Positions 15,951-23,078 of a stretch of 32,000 bases of DNA are shown in pieces. The translations under genes were made by a program, and so were the position numbers. Each line of letters begins with the position of its first letter. Positions within the stretch are counted from its first letter, which is position 1. Location of the stretch: positions 1,020,001 through 1,052,000 of the forward strand of contig NC_014034.1 of NCBI RefSeq assembly GCF_000021865.1, in the 5' to 3' direction. This DNA is from Rhodobacter capsulatus SB 1003. Lineage in GTDB: Bacteria > Pseudomonadota > Alphaproteobacteria > Rhodobacterales > Rhodobacteraceae. The notes under the pieces are model-generated. The model was not told where the DNA came from and searched no databases. It was given only the letters and a program-made list of their open reading frames with translations.

Positions 15951-16655
15951 CTATCCCCTCGCCAGCGGCGCCACGTTCCAGAACAGCACTCGCCCCGGCC
16001 CGCGCTTGGCAAGGCACAACTCCCAGGCCTTTGCGTCGTAGTGCGGATCGGCTGGGAAGGGCGCGGCCAGCGCCGCTCGATCGCTGAACTTGCGGGGATG
16101 GACGTGGATCGTGGCATCGGCCACCTCGCGCGGGGTGAGGTCGCGGCCGATCTGGACGACATGGCGGCGGGCTTTCGGCCATGCGGCGGCAAGGCCACGG
16201 GCGAGGACGCCGGACCCGGCGGCGCACCAGACCTCTTCGGGGTCAAAGGCTGCCAGACGGGCAGCAGCGGCGATTGCCTCGACGGCGCCGGGGATTTCGG
16301 CGCCAAAGGGGATCAGGCTGGCGCCGGTGTTGCGGCAGTATTCGCGGGCGCGCGATTGCACGACCGACAGATAGCCCGGGCTGATCGGCACCACTTTGGC
16401 GCCGAGGCGGGCGGCCTCAAGCGTCCGAGGATGCGGCCGGGTGCGGGCGGCGACGAAGATCGTGGCGCGTTTGCCGAGGCCCCGCGCCACCGTGGCGATT
16501 GCCGTCTGGGCGCCGCCCTCGGGCGGGCTGGCATAGACCGCCTCCTGCACCCCGTCGAAGACCTGCGCGATGAAGCGGGCCTTGGTGCCGCCCGGGAAGA
16601 GGTCGTCGCGGACAACGGCAATGCCATGGTGCATTTCAAGGATCGGGGCGGTCAT
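15951..16655 (-). CDS. PLP-dependent enzyme, fold-type II (ACC deaminase / D-cysteine desulfhydrase-like), short form
   Basis: 234 aa. The N-terminus ..GIAVVRDDLFPGGTKARF.. resembles the Lys-containing PLP motif of this family. ATG 16653-16655 overlaps the MTase stop (ATGA). Confidence 0.65.
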   Translation of the reverse strand: MTAPILEMHHGIAVVRDDLFPGGTKARFIAQVFDGVQEAVYASPPEGGAQTAIATVARGLGKRATIFVAARTRPHPRTLEAARLGAKVVPISPGYLSVVQSRAREYCRNTGASLIPFGAEIPGAVEAIAAAARLAAFDPEEVWCAAGSGVLARGLAAAWPKARRHVVQIGRDLTPREVADATIHVHPRKFSDRAALAAPFPADPHYDAKAWELCLAKRGPGRVLFWNVAPLARG

Positions 16656-17626
16656 TGGTCGTCCTCCGGTTCGTCGTCGGTATCCGGCCCTTCGATCTCG
16701 CCGAACTCCACCGGCCCGCAGGCCTCGGTCGCCTTGCGGGGATCGCCTTTGCGGAACACCAGCACGTTTTGGTGGGTCCGGCCGAGCTTGCGGGCGACGG
16801 TGAACTGGCGGCCGACACGGATCGGCAGCGAGCCAACGGCCGTGACGAGGATCGCGTCGTTGTAGAACCGTGCGCCCGCGGCCTCAAAGGCCTCGACCGT
16901 CAGGCCGGGCAGGTTGACGAAGAACCCATCGGTATCGCGCACATCGCCGATCACCCAGACGGCGAAGCGGTTTGGCCGCAGGCGGGCGACGGCCTGGGCG
17001 ATGATTTCGGCTTGGGCCTTCAGGAAGTCGGCCAGGGGCATGGTGGAAAGGTCCGAGGGGTCATCGGAATAGCGTTCGAGGTTCCAGTAGGGCGGGGAGC
17101 TGAACACCAGATCGGCCTCGATGCCAGCGGTCAGCCGGGCCAGATCGCGGCTATCTCCGGCGATCCAGTGCGGGGCCGGGTCGCCCGCGAGATCGGCTTG
17201 CGCTTGGTTCGCGGCCACCTGTTCGGCGCGGAGTTCGATCCCGACGTAGGGGCGGCCAAGGCGGGCGGCGACAATGCCGCGGACGGAACCGCCCGCGAAG
17301 GGGTCCAGGACGGTGCCACCCGGCGGGCAGAACCAGCGATAGGCGATTTCGCAAAGGACGGGATCGAAGATCGACGTTCCCGAGGCCGTTGGGGCGTCCG
17401 AGGCGGCGTAATGGTCGGCCAGGAATTCCTCGGTGGTCATTTCCCGGCCGAGTTCTGCCTCCTTGGCGCGCTTCTTGACGTAGAATGACGGGTCGCCAGA
17501 GGTGTGCGACGGCATCAGGACACCGCCATTCTGCGGGGTAGCCGATTGTGAGGCGGGCCCAGCGCCGACGACATGCTCGCCGCGCATCAGGTCCTGGCCG
17601 AACGTGCGGGCGGGGCCCTTAGCCAT
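16652..17626 (-). CDS. DNA amino-methyltransferase (N6-adenine or N4-cytosine)
   Basis: The start is trimmed to MAKGPARTFGQDLMRGEH (ATG 17624-17626, AGGAGG SD). Motif I is VLDPFAGGSVRGIVAARLG and motif IV is VFSSPPYWN. Confidence 0.85.
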   Translation of the reverse strand: MAKGPARTFGQDLMRGEHVVGAGPASQSATPQNGGVLMPSHTSGDPSFYVKKRAKEAELGREMTTEEFLADHYAASDAPTASGTSIFDPVLCEIAYRWFCPPGGTVLDPFAGGSVRGIVAARLGRPYVGIELRAEQVAANQAQADLAGDPAPHWIAGDSRDLARLTAGIEADLVFSSPPYWNLERYSDDPSDLSTMPLADFLKAQAEIIAQAVARLRPNRFAVWVIGDVRDTDGFFVNLPGLTVEAFEAAGARFYNDAILVTAVGSLPIRVGRQFTVARKLGRTHQNVLVFRKGDPRKATEACGPVEFGEIEGPDTDDEPEDDQ

Positions 17627-18395
17627 GAGCGGCCTCCTTCCGGGCACGCTTGCCCTCCTTGTGGCGATAGTGGTCGATGTCCTTGTGGATCGGGGCCGGG
17701 TCGGCGGTGCCCAAGCCGGGGACGGCGGGGAAGGACTTCTCGCCCGGCCAACCACGATCCAGCAGGCGGGGCGCACCGCCGGGGGCAGCGCCGCGGCCGA
17801 GTTCGGAGCGAATACCCAGATCCAGCCAGGCGCGCTTGCGATCCTGCCACCAGCCCTTGCGGGCCTCGAACACCGAGAAGGGCGGGATGCCGAAACGTTC
17901 GGCGAGGTTCGCCGACGGGGCGGGGGCAGCGGCGGCGCCGCCGGTGCTTTCGCCCTCGGCGTTGCCGTCACTTCCACCCATCCCGAACCCCTCGAACCCG
18001 GCCATGATTTCGTCGAGCTCCGTCTCGTCAAAGCCGATCAGGTCCAGATCGAAATCTGCCTCGCGCAGCGTCGCTAGTTCCGACCGCAAGAGGTCGTCGT
18101 CCCACCCGGCATTCTCGGCGATGCGGTTGTCGGCGATCACCAGCGCTCTGCGCTGGGCCTCGGTCAGATGGTCCAGCACGATCACCGGAACCTCGGTCAG
18201 GCCCAGCGCCTTGGCGGCCATCAGGCGGCCGTGGCCTGCGATGATCACCTCGTCCTCGCCGATCAGGATCGGGTTGGTGAAGCCGAACTCGGCGATCGAA
18301 GCCGCGATCTGGGCGATTTGATCCTCGCTGTGGGTCCGAGCGTTGCGGATGTAGGGAACCAGCCGGTCAACCGAGAGCATGTCGATCTGAAGCAT
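17619..18395 (-). CDS. ParB-like N-terminal (nuclease/NTPase) domain protein
   Basis: The start is trimmed to MLQIDMLSVDRLVPYIRNARTHSEDQIAQIAASIAEFGFTNPILI..IIAGHGR (ATG 18393-18395). The gene overlaps the MTase start by 8 nt. Confidence 0.85.
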   Translation of the reverse strand: MLQIDMLSVDRLVPYIRNARTHSEDQIAQIAASIAEFGFTNPILIGEDEVIIAGHGRLMAAKALGLTEVPVIVLDHLTEAQRRALVIADNRIAENAGWDDDLLRSELATLREADFDLDLIGFDETELDEIMAGFEGFGMGGSDGNAEGESTGGAAAAPAPSANLAERFGIPPFSVFEARKGWWQDRKRAWLDLGIRSELGRGAAPGGAPRLLDRGWPGEKSFPAVPGLGTADPAPIHKDIDHYRHKEGKRARKEAAHG

Positions 18396-18444
18396 GGGGC
18401 GCGGGGCCTTTCGGAAGGGGCGGCCGGGCGGTGCGGCCTCAGGT

Positions 18445-18476
18445 GCGCACCCGCGCACCCAAGATGCGCACCCAAG
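18445..18476. repeat. Tandem short direct repeats GCGCACCC x3 (last two extended to GCGCACCCAAG, 13-bp period)
   Basis: Read directly: copies at 18445-18452, 18453-18460(63) and 18466-18473(76), 50-80 bp upstream of the ParB-like gene start. Confidence 0.6.
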
Positions 18477-18523
18477 GCGCGGACCCAGATTTTTGTTCTG
18501 TCACTAGCGGTTAGACGCGCCTA

Positions 18524-18571
18524 GGCCCCCCGCATACGCCTCCCTTCCGGGAGAACCTAACGCGGGGGGCC
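18524..18571 (-). other. Nested GC-rich hairpin (10-bp outer stem GGCCCCCCGC/GCGGGGGGCC; inner CTCCC-TTCC-GGGAG)
   Basis: Read directly. It lies about 85 nt downstream of the DUF6362-like gene stop. No U-tract follows on either strand, so a terminator role is uncertain. Confidence 0.4.
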
Positions 18572-18655
18572 TGCCGGTAGCGGCGGCGGGAGCAGGGGTG
18601 ACGGGGTTGGGGCCGAAGCTTCGCGCTTCCGACACCCTTCGCCATCTTGCCTTCT

Positions 18656-19177
18656 TTATGCGTCAAAACCCGGGAAAGTGTCGCGCCCGAAGTTCGACGG
18701 ATCGGGCCGGTTGTCCTCGGTGTCCGCGCCGCTTTCGCGCGGGGTTGTGCGGGTGGTTGCGGTGAGGGGTTTTGCGCCCTTGCCTTTGCCCTTTGATTTG
18801 TCGAGCTTTTCCAGCTTCTTCGAGATGGTCAGAAGAGCGGCCACCCAGCGGCGCCAGGCGGTAGACCGCACCACCCCGGCGCGAATGCAGACCTGCCGCC
18901 AGCGGGCACCCTCGGCCCGAAGCCAGACGATCCGCGCATCCTCGGGGTTCAGCATGAGGAGCCAGTCGAAGCATTCCTCCATCCGGCTGATGGCGGCGGC
19001 GCTGGGGATCACCCGCATCGGCCGCTCGGGCGTGTAGCCGTAGGCATGCTTGGCGTCATGCACCACCGGCGGCCACGAATTGCCATAGCCGCGGGGGCGG
19101 TCCTTCTCGGGCAGGTTCCTCAGGGTGTAGGCGGCTTCCTCGAGGCGATCCTCGATCTCGCGGGGCGTCAGGCGCAA
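18656..19177 (-). CDS. DUF6362-like phage regulatory protein (tentative)
   Basis: 173 aa with a TTG start at 19175-19177 and an AGGAG SD. MRLTPREIEDRLEEAAYTLRNLPEKDRPRGYGNSWPPVV... includes an HTH-like ARWRQVCIRAGVVRSTAWRRW and a basic tail. Confidence 0.6.
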   Translation of the reverse strand: MRLTPREIEDRLEEAAYTLRNLPEKDRPRGYGNSWPPVVHDAKHAYGYTPERPMRVIPSAAAISRMEECFDWLLMLNPEDARIVWLRAEGARWRQVCIRAGVVRSTAWRRWVAALLTISKKLEKLDKSKGKGKGAKPLTATTRTTPRESGADTEDNRPDPSNFGRDTFPGFDA

Positions 19178-19206
19178 TGGGGGGCTCCTTCGGGGCAGGG
19201 GGCGGA

Positions 19207-20172
19207 TCAGTAGATTTGATGGGCGCGCAGGGTGGCCTCACTCACAAGGCCCGCCCGCAGCAGGGCATCGCGCTGGATGTTCGTGACGGCGCTGGTCGGC
19301 ACGTAGGCGCCTGAGTTCAGCCAGGCGGCCAAGCGCGCCAACCGGTCCTCGGGGGTCGCGGTCTGGCTGCCGGGCGCAACGGCCGGGCCAGCGCCAGCTT
19401 CCCCAGCCCCTTGCAACCTTGCCGCCTGGGAAATCCGCTTGGCATGGCGCGCCGCGATCGCCTGGCTGAAATACTCCCACGTTCGGATCGGGCTGCTCCG
19501 GGCTTTTGCGGTGCGGTCTGCGATCACTGGCAGGACGTCCAGTTCGAGGTCGTAGCCTGCCGCCAGCCAGGCGCCGATCGTCGCCGTCGTTCCGGTGATG
19601 GCTGCCCGCGCTGCTGGGGTCATGCCTTCGCCGCAAGCGGCAAGGCAGGCGGCCTCGGCTGCGTCCAGATCGGGGCCTTCGTCGGCGGCGTCAACCTCAA
19701 CCCGGGCCTCGCGCGTCGCGCCCGCGTCACGCGCGGTAGTAATTACTGGTTCTTTACTTACAAGGTTAGTGTCCAGATTCTGGACATGGCTTTTCGCAAA
19801 ATCTGGACATGGCTTTTGCCCATTTCCATGTCTGGATTCTGGACATGGGTCAGGCCGGTTTTCGGGGCCCAGCGGCAGTTCCGCCTGCGCCGAAAACTCC
19901 GGCTCGAAGGCCAGGAAGTACCGGGTTGATTGCCGCCGGTGGGCGCCCTCGGAGTGGCGCCGTTCGCGGCGGATGAGCCCGGCCTGTTCCAGCTTGTCGA
20001 GATGCACGTTCAGGCTGGAACGCGAGATTTCGGCATCGGCCGCCAACTGGTCCTGCGACGGGAAGCACCCGTAATCCGGGTTGTGCCGGTCGCAGAGATG
20101 CCAGAGGACGAGCTTGGTCGCAGGCGCCAGCCCGCGCTGCTGGATCGCCCAGTTGGTGGCTCGATGGCTCAT
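19207..20172 (-). CDS. Replication initiator-like protein (N-terminal winged-helix, lambda O-like role)
   Basis: 321 aa, MSHRATNWAIQQRGLAPATKLVLWHLCDRHNPDYGCFPSQDQLAADAEISRSSLNVHLDKLEQAGLIRRE. The coding sequence carries an internal iteron cluster. Confidence 0.7.
   Translation of the reverse strand: MSHRATNWAIQQRGLAPATKLVLWHLCDRHNPDYGCFPSQDQLAADAEISRSSLNVHLDKLEQAGLIRRERRHSEGAHRRQSTRYFLAFEPEFSAQAELPLGPENRPDPCPESRHGNGQKPCPDFAKSHVQNLDTNLVSKEPVITTARDAGATREARVEVDAADEGPDLDAAEAACLAACGEGMTPAARAAITGTTATIGAWLAAGYDLELDVLPVIADRTAKARSSPIRTWEYFSQAIAARHAKRISQAARLQGAGEAGAGPAVAPGSQTATPEDRLARLAAWLNSGAYVPTSAVTNIQRDALLRAGLVSEATLRAHQIY
19771..19849. repeat. Iteron cluster / putative phage origin inside the replication gene
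   Basis: TCTGGACATGGCTTTT occurs at 19779-19794 and 19802-19817, and TCTGGACATGGG at 19838-19849. A partial TCTGGA lies at 19831-19836 and an inverted GTCCAGA at 19771-19777. An AT-rich patch at 19735-19770 is adjacent. Confidence 0.6.
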
Positions 20173-20375
20173 AGTGCGGCCGTCACCGTGAGGCGCTTGA
20201 CGATCGCCTCCATCAGCGCGATCCGCCGGTGCGCGTCGTCCTGGCGCATCTTTCCGGCCCGAACCCGCGCCCAGTAGAACTGGCGCCGCAGGTCAAGTTC
20301 GCGCTGGGCTTCGTTGATCAGGGCGGAGACCGGAAACCGGCCCTCGGGGGTAACTTTGGTCATCGGCGCCCCCAT
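20169..20375 (-). CDS. Hypothetical small early protein
   Basis: 68 aa from MGAPMTKVTPEGRFPVSALINEAQRELDLRRQFYW. An alternative ATG lies at 20361-20363. The stop overlaps the replication gene start (ATGA). Confidence 0.5.
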   Translation of the reverse strand: MGAPMTKVTPEGRFPVSALINEAQRELDLRRQFYWARVRAGKMRQDDAHRRIALMEAIVKRLTVTAAL

Positions 20376-20376
20376 C

Positions 20377-20631
20377 TCAGCGCCGCCCGGCCACGGCCTT
20401 GTGCTGGCCAGTCTTGCGGGCTTCCTGATCGCGCAGCCAGTCGCGGACAGCCTCCTTGCGGTAGAGCACTTTGCGGCCGACACGGACGCAAGGAGGGCCC
20501 ACGCGCCGGGTTTCCCAGCGCTGCAACGTGTCGACGGACAGGGCCAGTTGCCGGGCCAGTTCCGCCCTATCAAGCCAGCCATCCAGCAGCGCCGGATCGG
20601 CGCCCGTGTCCTTCAAGGGATTGGTATACAT
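20377..20631 (-). CDS. Excisionase/AlpA-type HTH DNA-binding protein (first gene of the leftward early operon; Cro- or Xis-like role)
   Basis: The start is trimmed to MYTNPLKDTGADPALLDGWLDRAELARQLALSVDTLQRWETRRVGPPCVRVGRKVLYRKEAVRDWL (ATG 20629-20631, GAGGAG SD). Confidence 0.75.
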   Translation of the reverse strand: MYTNPLKDTGADPALLDGWLDRAELARQLALSVDTLQRWETRRVGPPCVRVGRKVLYRKEAVRDWLRDQEARKTGQHKAVAGRR

Positions 20632-20705
20632 GGGTTTCTCCTCGCGCCGCCGCCCCGGGGATCGGGGCCGGTCATCGGCCAGGAGAGGCAAGCACGGGGC
20701 AGGGA

Positions 20706-20755
20706 CCGGCGAAGAGGCGGAAAACGGCGGAAAGGAAAAGGGAATTACGCCGGTC
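20706..20755. repeat. Left copy of a 50-bp imperfect inverted repeat (43/50 match to the reverse complement of 21562-21611)
   Basis: ccggcgaagaGGCGGAAAacGGCGGAAAGGaaaagggaattacgccggtc, aligned by hand to the reverse complement of the right copy. Confidence 0.85.
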
Positions 20756-20945
20756 ACGCTGGATCGTAGTTCAACCGGCGAAACAGGCCCTCCAACCGGC
20801 TTGATTGGCGACAGGTTTATGACAATCTGAAGGGGAGCAGTTCACAACAGATTCGCCGAAACGTCGCCGCGCCCGGAAGGGCGAGGTGCACGGCCCCTGT
20901 GCGTTCAGGGGCTGGAGAAAGGAGGGCGGTAACGGGGGGCAGGTA

Positions 20946-21536
20946 ATGGCGTTTGTCGCCCGGAATTTCTATTCAATTCTCGAGACCTCCTTCCGCTGGG
21001 AGTGCAGCCAGACCGAGATCGTCGAACTGGCGATGGCCGAGAAGATCGACCTCGTCATCGCGCTGCCGAATGTCCGGTTCGACGATGGCACCGAAGCGAG
21101 GATGGGCGTGATCGAGGGCGGTGCTGTGCGCCCCTTGTTCCGCGGCTATGGACTACTCGAGGAGCATGTCTTCATCCGCCAGGCGCGACCTGCGAACTGC
21201 GGCTGGAAGCGGATCGAAGAGCCTAAGGGGGGCATCCGCGTCATGGCGCCCGACGTGCTGATCACAGCGGCCGAGGTCGAACGGTTCGAAGACGAAAACA
21301 ACCTTGTGCGGAGGGTCGTGTCGGGGCCCGGGGCACAATCCCGCTATGACTGGGATGGGTTCTATTGCGAGATCATCTGCCGGATGCATAACAACGGCCT
21401 CCCAGAGAAGCAGAAGGAACTCATCGAGGAGATGTTCAATTGGTTCCTCGGCAAGTCAGTCAATGGGGACGCGCCTGACGAGTCGACAATCCGCAAGAAG
21501 ATCAGAGGTTTCTGGGGCAGGCTCTGCCCCGATTAG
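20946..21536 (+). CDS. Hypothetical protein at the repressor/immunity position (no canonical HTH-S24 architecture recognised)
   Basis: 196 aa from MAFVARNFYSILETSFRWECSQTEIVELAMAEKIDLVI (ATG 20946). It is divergent from the early operon, lies upstream of int and is AT-richer than the phage core. Confidence 0.6.
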   Translation: MAFVARNFYSILETSFRWECSQTEIVELAMAEKIDLVIALPNVRFDDGTEARMGVIEGGAVRPLFRGYGLLEEHVFIRQARPANCGWKRIEEPKGGIRVMAPDVLITAAEVERFEDENNLVRRVVSGPGAQSRYDWDGFYCEIICRMHNNGLPEKQKELIEEMFNWFLGKSVNGDAPDESTIRKKIRGFWGRLCPD

Positions 21537-21561
21537 TCTCTCGCCCGCCCAGCGCGGTTCT

Positions 21562-21611
21562 GACCGGCGCAATTCCCCGGACCTTTCCGCCGGTTTCCGC
21601 CTCTGCGCCGG
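21562..21611. repeat. Right copy of the 50-bp inverted repeat
   Basis: gaccggcgcaattccccggacctttccgccggtttccgcctctgcgccgg. It lies between the repressor-position gene and int. Confidence 0.85.
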
Positions 21612-21678
21612 TTTGGCCCGAATGAGACATTGCTCCGCGCCGCGGGTCGTCGCTGACTGCGGGTGAAAGGAGCGTCGC

Positions 21679-22908
21679 ATGAAGGCAAAACTCTCTGAAC
21701 GCGTTGTAAAGGCTGCCGAAGTCGGCAGCCGCAAGTACGTCCTGTTTGACGAAGACACCCCCGGCTTCGGGCTCTGCGTCTACACGACGGGGCGAAAGGG
21801 CTTCGTCCTGATCTATCGGATCGCGGGCCAGCAGAAGCGCTTCACGATCGGCGTCTGGCCGACATGGTCGGTCACCGCCGCCCGGGATGAAGCGAAGCGC
21901 CTGATCCGTGAAATCGACCGCGGGGAAGACCCTCTCGACACTCGCAAGGCGGCCCGCGGTGCGCCGACGGTCAAGGAACTGGCCGAGCGGTTCATCGAAG
22001 AGCACCTGCCGAAGCTGGCCAAGACCAACGCTTCGGACCAGAAGAGCATGCTGGAAAAGCTGGTGCTGCCCGAATGGAAGAACCGGAAGGTGGCGGACAT
22101 CACGCCCACGGACGTCGATCGCCTGCTGACCAAGATCGCGGCCGGGCGGGCGCGGCCGTCGAAGAAGAAGCCCACGCAGAAGCGCCGCAAAAAGCTGGCC
22201 CCGCCCAAGCCCACGCCGGTGCGCGCCAACAGGGCGGGTGAAATGCTGCGCAAGATGTTCAACCTCGCCATGCTGTGGAAAATGCGCACCGACAATCCCG
22301 CCTTCGGTTTCCGGCGCCGCCCCGAGGTTGCCCGCGACCGGTTCCTATCTTTCGAGGAGATCGAACGCCTAGCCAACGCGCTGGCAGTCGACGAAGACCA
22401 GCGCGCCGCCAGCATCATCCGCCTCTGCATGCTGACCGGCGCCCGGCTGGGCGAGGTCCGCACCGCCACCTTCGACCAGTTCAACCTCGATCTGGCCATC
22501 TGGACCAAGCAGGCCGCTTACACAAAGCAGCGCCGCATCCACCGCGTGCCGATCTCGCACGAAGCCGTGGCGCTGATCCGCCTGCGCAGGGAAATCGTGC
22601 CGAAGGGCTGCCCGTTCCTCTTCCCCGGCGACGTACCCGACCAGCCCGTTGGCGATCCCAAGCGCTTCTGGCCGAAGATGCAGAAGGTCGCCCTGATCCC
22701 CGACGTGCGCATCCACGACCTGCGCCACACCTTCGCCTCGCTGCTGGTTTCCGGCGGCGCATCGCTGGAAATGATCGGCCGCCTCCTCGGCCACACCCAG
22801 ATCGGCACCACCCAGCGCTACGCCCACCTGATCGACGCACCCCTGCGGGCGGGGGTCAACGCAGTGGGTGAGATGCTGAAGCCGCGGTTGAGGGTGGTGG
22901 GGGAGTAA
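21679..22908 (+). CDS. int: Tyrosine site-specific integrase (P4-type with DUF4102-like N-terminal arm-binding domain)
   Basis: 409 aa. The N-terminus is MKAKLSERVVKAAEVGSRKYVLFDEDTPGFGLCVYTTGRKGFVLIYR. The catalytic region is ..TGARLGEV..HDLRHTFASLL..LLGHTQIGTTQRYAHL. Confidence 0.95.
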   Translation: MKAKLSERVVKAAEVGSRKYVLFDEDTPGFGLCVYTTGRKGFVLIYRIAGQQKRFTIGVWPTWSVTAARDEAKRLIREIDRGEDPLDTRKAARGAPTVKELAERFIEEHLPKLAKTNASDQKSMLEKLVLPEWKNRKVADITPTDVDRLLTKIAAGRARPSKKKPTQKRRKKLAPPKPTPVRANRAGEMLRKMFNLAMLWKMRTDNPAFGFRRRPEVARDRFLSFEEIERLANALAVDEDQRAASIIRLCMLTGARLGEVRTATFDQFNLDLAIWTKQAAYTKQRRIHRVPISHEAVALIRLRREIVPKGCPFLFPGDVPDQPVGDPKRFWPKMQKVALIPDVRIHDLRHTFASLLVSGGASLEMIGRLLGHTQIGTTQRYAHLIDAPLRAGVNAVGEMLKPRLRVVGE

Positions 22909-23078
22909 GGTGCAGCCTGCAAGGTCGGCTGGCGGTAGCGCAGTCCGAATGGTTGTGGTTCAATGCCTTGCAGGCCGTGCAACCTCTTGTTGCGCGACGA
23001 TTGTGCTGTAAAGGTTATCTGGCGAGGAATTTGCTCGGGGGTGCAGTGGGTGGGAGTGGGCAGGATTGATGAGACGTC

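Larger units (their letters stand above)
1..22908. mobile_element. Prophage, partial (left end beyond window start); siphovirus-type with lambda-like terminase/portal and RcGTA-like tail module; integrase at right end
   Basis: Contiguous terS-terL-gpW-portal-protease/capsid-neck-tail tube-chaperone-tape measure-distal tail order on the - strand, plus an early replication/regulatory operon and a tyrosine integrase at 21679-22908. Base composition changes right of the integrase. Confidence 0.85.

Noticed and set aside
15580-16227. 215-aa ORF spanning the AT-rich segment and the 3' end of the PLP gene
   Set aside because: Its N-terminal ~95 aa are Arg/Pro-rich and overlap the PLP-enzyme gene in another frame. 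Only the AT-rich distal part (from GTG 15939) looks like coding sequence.
16652-18031. 459-aa extended methyltransferase ORF, and the 279-aa extended ParB ORF (17619-18458)
   Set aside because: The upstream extensions are Pro/Arg/Ser-rich and overlap the neighbouring gene in another frame. Internal ATGs with strong SDs (17626) or matching the family N-terminus (18395) give normal-length proteins.
18445-18476. Possible CRISPR-like or minisatellite array
   Set aside because: There are only three 8-11 bp units with no spacers of CRISPR size, and no cas genes anywhere in the window. I treat them as short regulatory-type repeats.
20706-21611. Inverted repeats interpreted as IS or MITE termini
   Set aside because: No transposase-like ORF lies between them. 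I could see no flanking target-site duplication. The enclosed gene and its position fit a phage regulatory cassette better. Inversion or cassette origin is kept only as an alternative in the findings.
21502-22508. - strand ORFs (21502-22005, 21813-22508, 22369-22827) overlapping the integrase
   Set aside because: They are antisense to a gene with a complete tyrosine-recombinase signature. Their composition is Arg/Ser/Ala-rich and they have no translation signals.
22926-22975. tRNA-like strings (GGTAGCGCAGTC, GGTTCAATGCC) right of the integrase
   Set aside because: I could not build acceptor, anticodon or T stems. The putative T-stem halves (TGTGG/CCTTG) do not pair. It is at most a degenerate fragment and needs tRNAscan/Infernal to settle.
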